Source: Antedon mediterranea (lineage: Eukaryota; Animalia; Echinodermata). From it: a stretch of DNA of 64,000 nt. The translations under genes were made by a program, and so were the position numbers. The stretch covers positions 30,352,912 through 30,416,911 of the forward strand of contig NC_092675.1 of the NCBI RefSeq assembly GCF_964355755.1, written 5' to 3'. Under the pieces are notes generated by a model. The model saw only the letters and a program-made list of their open reading frames with translations, made no database searches and was not told where the DNA came from. This document shows, in pieces, positions 63,521 to 64,000 of the stretch (within the stretch, counting starts at the first letter, position 1; each line of letters opens with the position of its first letter).

Positions 63521-64000
63521 TTCACCATCAGGAGGACACCACTGGAAACAAGTCTAAGGACTAAATAGAGGGTCACATGTACAACACCAAATCATTCATT
63601 CATTTTATTTGGTCAAAATCATTGTCAACATATATATAGGCAACAAAAAATATACATAAAATTGAGTTAAAATGGTATAAAACTGCAACAAAACAATAAA
63701 AAGCAGAAAGCATGAGTTAAAATATTAAAAAGATTATAGAAAGATATGTTTAAAAAGGTATGAAAGTACATTAAAAATTGAATGTTTACAATATTATAGT
63801 AAAAATACGTTTAAAAGATATCAAATTACATTACAGATTGAATGTATAAAATACACTAAAATAATAAAAGTGGTTTGAAAATTGATTTGGTAAATATAAG
63901 ATTTTGACCAGGATAGTCAAAATATCTCTCCATAGATAGATAAAAAAAAACATATTACTCGGGTTTATTTCCGTTGGGGTCCTGAAAATAAACAGTAATA

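Overview
AT-rich, intron-containing animal genomic DNA, not prokaryotic. The repeat and gene content suggests a marine invertebrate deuterostome such as an echinoderm (inference). Manual GT-AG exon assembly with phase checks gives four protein-coding genes. (1) The 5' part of CPLANE1/JBTS17 on the minus strand, running off the left edge. (2) A divergently transcribed GT29 ST6GalNAc III-VI-like sialyltransferase (+) with an unusual hydrophobic C-terminal extension. (3) An 8-coding-exon PIGW/GWT1 (-). (4) A 29-exon, 1418-aa receptor (-) with a Tie-like Ig-Ig-EGF-FN3 ectodomain joined to two degenerate tyrosine-phosphatase domains. Between PIGW and the receptor is a transposon nest: a Ginger-like MITE, a small TIR MITE, and ~140-bp inverted repeats enclosing a young CR1/L2-group LINE, a hAT-type element with a perfect 8-bp TSD and a second LINE 3' end. 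The LINE's ORF1 and ORF2 are in the same frame, separated by one TGA. The window also holds MITE copies, minisatellites, SINE and LINE relics and two tRNA-Asn pseudogenes. All homology calls come from motif recognition by eye; no searches were run.
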